From Minisyncoccota bacterium (lineage in GTDB: Bacteria; Patescibacteriota; Minisyncoccia; Phycocordibacterales; PALSA-1337), in contig JAQTPC010000002.1 of assembly GCA_028713005.1 (NCBI GenBank), forward strand, positions 36,643 through 100,642: a DNA stretch of 64,000 nucleotides, given 5' to 3'. The stretch's first letter is position 1; the number at the start of each line of letters is the position of its first letter. The translations under genes were made by a program, and so were the position numbers. Of the stretch, positions 59,920 to 64,000 are shown in pieces. Below the pieces are notes generated by a model, which ran no database searches, had not been told where the DNA came from, and was given only the letters and a program-made list of their open reading frames with translations.

Positions 59920-60693
59920 ATGTCAAAGCCTATTTTAGCTAAAAATTCACCTAAAAAAGTGACGCCAATCACATTTCACATCATCTCTTTATTCCCAGAG
60001 GTTGTTGAACCATATGTGAACTCATCTATCTTGAAGCGTGCACAAGAAAAGGGAATGATTGCCCTTAAATATTACAATCCACGTAATTTTGTCGTTGGTA
60101 AAGATGGCAAGATAGCAAAGGATCTTGAAGTGCTCACATATTCAGAAAAGCGCGTGGATAATCGCCCCTACGGTGGTGGTCCTGGTATGGTCATTGAGGC
60201 ATTACCGATGATACGTGCGATCGAGGAAGCAATTGGAAAGAAAATAAAAAGCGCCAAGACAAAATCAAAAGTGAAGATCGTATTCTTTAGTCCTGTGGGC
60301 AAACAATTCTCAAATATAATAGCTGAAACATTTAAAAAATATACTGACATTGTATTCGTGTGCGGTCGTTATGAAGGTATCGATGCACGCGTGAAGAAAG
60401 CGTTTCCAATGGTAGATATTTCGGTTGGTCCGTATGTTCTTACAGGGGGTGAACTACCCGCAATGATTATGATTGATACCATTACTCGTCGTATTCCAGG
60501 TGTTCTCGGTGATCATGATTCGGTTGAGGAAAATCGTGTTGCAAGCCCTGATGTGTATACTCGTCCTGAGGTTATTGAATATAAAAAGAAGAAATACAGA
60601 GTCCCAAAAGTCCTTTTGAGCGGTAATCACAAGGACATGGAGGAGTGGAAAACAGCGATTCGAGCGGGTGGAGGTGAGAAAAAACAAAGATAG
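59920..60693 (+). CDS. trmD: tRNA (guanine37-N1)-methyltransferase TrmD
   Basis: ISLFPE, VDNRPYGGGPGMV, VCGRYEGIDAR, YVLTGGELPA, YTRP, VLLSGNH. Confidence 0.97.
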   Translation: MSKPILAKNSPKKVTPITFHIISLFPEVVEPYVNSSILKRAQEKGMIALKYYNPRNFVVGKDGKIAKDLEVLTYSEKRVDNRPYGGGPGMVIEALPMIRAIEEAIGKKIKSAKTKSKVKIVFFSPVGKQFSNIIAETFKKYTDIVFVCGRYEGIDARVKKAFPMVDISVGPYVLTGGELPAMIMIDTITRRIPGVLGDHDSVEENRVASPDVYTRPEVIEYKKKKYRVPKVLLSGNHKDMEEWKTAIRAGGGEKKQR

Positions 60694-60694
60694 C

Positions 60695-60723
60695 TTGACA
60701 GATAAGGCTCAACCTGATAGTCT
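60695..60723 (+). promoter_or_regulatory. sigma70-type promoter for rpoB
   Basis: TTGACA-17 nt-TAGTCT. Confidence 0.5.
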
Positions 60724-61034
60724 CTTTGTAACTTCGCAGATTGAGTTCTGCCTACACGCGGAGGATTACAAAGGCTTAAAATTGATCCTACCAGTGCACA
60801 TCACACTCCGAGCAGTGCGTATGTCATAACCGTCCTCAAAAAACGGGATTTTTGCATGCATGGTGCATCGATCAGGTTTGATTTTAAGAAGTGTGTAGTT
60901 CGAGAAAAGTAAATAGTAGCAAAAGGAAAATAGGGAAAGATCACGTTGATGTTTTTCCTTATTTCCGTTCTGTCATTATTTATTTTGTCGTTTTAATAAG
61001 AGTGTAATTTATTAGGTCACTAATTTTTATCAAT

Positions 61035-64000
61035 ATGCCCAACTCACCTTTGATTCACACGACAGGTCCACGTCCAAAGAAGTATTTTTCACGATATCAG
61101 GCTCCACTCACAGAGATGCCAAACTTGGTTGAGTCACAGCTCACCTCTTTTGCTGCACTTCTTGAACACGGTTTCGGAAATCTCCTTAAAGAGTTTTCTC
61201 CGATCAAAGACTACGCAGAAAAGAAGTTCGAGCTCTCAATGGGTGGCATTGAACTTGTTTTGCCAAAGTTCGATGAGCACTATGCCAAGGTCAACAAGCT
61301 GAACTACGAAGGTCAGATCAAGGTTAAGGTTCATCTCAAGAACAAGACACTCAACGTAGAAAAAGAACAAGAAATGTTCTTGGCTGATATTCCACTCATG
61401 ACCGATCACGGTACATTCATCATCAACGGTGTAGAACGTGTCATCGCTCCTCAGCTCGCTCGTTCATTCGGTATCTTCTTTACTTCAAACGAAGTAAAGG
61501 GTAAGAACTATTTTGGTGCAAAAGTTATCCCAGCTCGTGGTGTATGGATGGAAATTGAGATGGATACAGATGGTACTATCCTCTGCCGTATCGACCGTAA
61601 GCGTAAATTCCCGATCACATCACTCATGCGTGTCCTGGGTGCAACTTCAAATGACTCTATCTCTGATCTCTTTAGGGGAAACCCTGAAGCTAAGAAAGTT
61701 ATTGATCTCACTCTCGCTAAGGATCATGCAAAGACAATCGATGAAGCATACATGGAGATCCATAAGCGTCTCCGTGATGGTGATCTCGCTACAGCTGAGA
61801 ATGCACGTTCATTCATCCAGTCAATTTTGAAAGCAGATCGTTATGATATATCACGTGTCGGTCGTTTCCGTTTCAATAAACGTTTTGCAAAGTCTATGGA
61901 AGAAAAGGAACTCGAACGTCGCACTATCTCTCTCGATGACGTCGTAACCACAGTCAGTCATATCGTTACGTTGGCCAACACGCCTGACATGCAGCCTGAT
62001 GACATCGACCACCTCGGCTCACGTCGCGTCCGTTACGTTGGCGAGCTCCTCGAACAGCGTATCCGTCTTGGTTTGACCCAGATGAAGCGTAACATTCAGG
62101 ACAAGATGTCGACTGTTGAACCAGATGTTACTTTGCCTGTTTCATTTATTTATCCACGTCCACTTCAAGCTCGTATCAAGGAGTTCTTTACTACAAACCA
62201 GTTGTCTCAGTTCATGCAGCAGGAGAACGTTCTCGGTGAGATCGAGCATCTCCGTACGCTCACTGCTCTCGGTCCCGGCGGTCTCTCCCGTGAACGTGCA
62301 GGTTTCGAAGTCCGTGACGTGCATCCATCTCACTATGGTCGCCTTTGTCCTATCCATACACCAGAAGGTCCAAACATTGGTCTCGTGCTCCGTCTCACCA
62401 CATATGCTCGTATCAATGAGTTCGGTATGATCGAAACTCCCTATGCAAAGGTAAAAGGTGGTGTTGTTACCAAGGAGATTCTTTATTTGAATGCTCTCGA
62501 AGAAGAAAACTTCCGTATCGCTCATGCTGCTACTCCCTATGATGCAAACGGAAAGATCGCAGGCAACGAGGTTGAGGTTCGTATCAACGGACGCCCAGCT
62601 CTCGCTACGGCAAAAGAAGTCGACTATATCGACATCGCTACTAACCAAGCCTTTTCTATTGCCACATCACTTATTCCATTTTTGAACCATGACGATGCGA
62701 ACCGTGCATTGATGGGATCGAACATGCAAAAGCAGGCAACACCATGTCTCATTCCTGAAGCTCCTGTTGTTGCAACAGGCATGGAAGCAAAAGCAGTCAT
62801 TGATACAGGTCGTGTCATCGTCGCAAAAGAAGATGGCGAAATCACCTATGTTGATGCAAAGAAAGTCACCTTCAAGTCAAAAAAGACAGGTAAGAGTCAT
62901 GATTACAATCTTGTACTCTTCTCACGTACAAACGGCTTTACCGCTTTCCACCAGCGCCCTATCGTTTCAGTTGGTGACAAGGTAAAGAAGGGTGATATCC
63001 TCGTCGACACATCAACTTCTGACAAGGGCGAGATCGCTCTCGGTCACAACGCTCTTGTAGCTTTCATGTCATGGTCTGGTGCAAACTACGAAGATGCGAT
63101 CATTCTCTCAGAGCGTGTCGTCAAAAATGCAAAGTGGAGTTCTATCCATATCGAAGAATTCGTCGTCAACGTTCGTGATACAAAGCTCGGTCCAGAAGTT
63201 ACGACATGTGATATTCCAAACGTCGGTGAAATCAAGCTCAAGAACCTCACCGAAGAAGGCATCGTCCGCATCGGCGCAGAAGTTCGTCCTGGTGACATCC
63301 TCGTCGGTAAGATCAGTCCAAAGGGTGAGACGCAGTTGACCCCTGAAGAGCGCCTCCTCCGTTCTATTTTCGGAGAAAAAGCTCGTGACGTGAAGGATAC
63401 CTCAAAGCGCATGGAAAACGGCAAGCGTGGTCGCGTCATTTCAGTCAAGATATTCTCACGCGAAAAGGGTGACAAGCTCGAGTCTGGCATCATCAAGAAG
63501 ATTTATATTGAAGTCGCTCAGGTCCGTAACGTATCAGTTGGAGACAAGATGGCAGGACGTCACGGTAACAAAGGTGTTATCTCAAAGATTCTCCCAGAGG
63601 AAGATATGCCTTACATGGCAGACGGTACTCCAGTTGACGTGATCCTCACACCGCTCGGTGTTCCATCTCGTATGAACCTTGGCCAGATCTTGGAACTCCA
63701 CCTCGGTCTCGCTGCTCACACACTCGGTTATCAAGCTATCGTTCCTCCTTTCATGGGAGCTACAGATGAAGAGATCAAGGCAGAGCTCGTCAAAGCCGGA
63801 TACGATGCTTCAGGAAAGATGACTCTCCGCGATGGTCGCACTGGTGAATATTTCCAGCAGCCAGTCGCTGTCGGTTACATGTATATCCTCAAGTTGCACC
63901 ACATGGTTGAAGACAAGATACATATGCGTTCTATCGGTCCCTACTCTCTCATCACACAGCAGCCTCTCGGTGGTAAGGCACAAGGTGGAGGTCAGCGTTT
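61035..64000 (+). CDS. rpoB: RNA polymerase beta subunit (3' truncated by the window end)
   Basis: Manual translation: MPNLVESQ, GTFIINGVERV, DDIDHLG, GPGGLSRERAGFEVRDVH, TPEGPNIGL, GDKMAGRHGNKG, QQPLGGKAQGGGQR. Confidence 0.98.
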   Translation, partial: MPNSPLIHTTGPRPKKYFSRYQAPLTEMPNLVESQLTSFAALLEHGFGNLLKEFSPIKDYAEKKFELSMGGIELVLPKFDEHYAKVNKLNYEGQIKVKVHLKNKTLNVEKEQEMFLADIPLMTDHGTFIINGVERVIAPQLARSFGIFFTSNEVKGKNYFGAKVIPARGVWMEIEMDTDGTILCRIDRKRKFPITSLMRVLGATSNDSISDLFRGNPEAKKVIDLTLAKDHAKTIDEAYMEIHKRLRDGDLATAENARSFIQSILKADRYDISRVGRFRFNKRFAKSMEEKELERRTISLDDVVTTVSHIVTLANTPDMQPDDIDHLGSRRVRYVGELLEQRIRLGLTQMKRNIQDKMSTVEPDVTLPVSFIYPRPLQARIKEFFTTNQLSQFMQQENVLGEIEHLRTLTALGPGGLSRERAGFEVRDVHPSHYGRLCPIHTPEGPNIGLVLRLTTYARINEFGMIETPYAKVKGGVVTKEILYLNALEEENFRIAHAATPYDANGKIAGNEVEVRINGRPALATAKEVDYIDIATNQAFSIATSLIPFLNHDDANRALMGSNMQKQATPCLIPEAPVVATGMEAKAVIDTGRVIVAKEDGEITYVDAKKVTFKSKKTGKSHDYNLVLFSRTNGFTAFHQRPIVSVGDKVKKGDILVDTSTSDKGEIALGHNALVAFMSWSGANYEDAIILSERVVKNAKWSSIHIEEFVVNVRDTKLGPEVTTCDIPNVGEIKLKNLTEEGIVRIGAEVRPGDILVGKISPKGETQLTPEERLLRSIFGEKARDVKDTSKRMENGKRGRVISVKIFSREKGDKLESGIIKKIYIEVAQVRNVSVGDKMAGRHGNKGVISKILPEEDMPYMADGTPVDVILTPLGVPSRMNLGQILELHLGLAAHTLGYQAIVPPFMGATDEEIKAELVKAGYDASGKMTLRDGRTGEYFQQPVAVGYMYILKLHHMVEDKIHMRSIGPYSLITQQPLGGKAQGGGQR

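Overview
Chromosomal segment of a small-genome bacterium, most likely Patescibacteria/CPR (Parcubacteria-like). This is an inference from the N-terminally short IF2, the rpsP-KH-trmD block without rimM, the TraD/DUF87-type ATPase and many leaderless genes. Contents: (i) a ~26.5 kb surface-glycan locus (7.6-34.1 kb) with many glycosyl- and methyltransferases, a gmd-colD-colC/fcl GDP-colitose-type module, two GT11 transferases, wzm/wzt and an O-antigen-ligase-TPR protein; (ii) housekeeping genes (rsmI, murB, secA, obg, dnaE, rnhB, rbfA, infB, a cysteine desulfurase, rpsP, khpA, trmD, 5' part of rpoB) and tRNA-Leu(TAA) and tRNA-Cys(GCA); (iii) orphan single-gene units between the core genes. Top finding: a tight four-gene operon (41.9-45.1 kb) encoding an OmpR-type regulator, a 70-aa peptide ending in -W-N-S, a membrane histidine kinase and a ComQ-like isoprenyltransferase, i.e. 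a candidate rearranged ComQXPA-like prenylated-peptide signalling system. Also notable: a ~180-nt self-closing intergenic RNA carrying a 16S rRNA h11-h12-like segment (50.8-51.0 kb), a second promoter-driven structured RNA before murB, and dispersed palindromic repeats. All family assignments come from motif recognition by eye; no searches were run.
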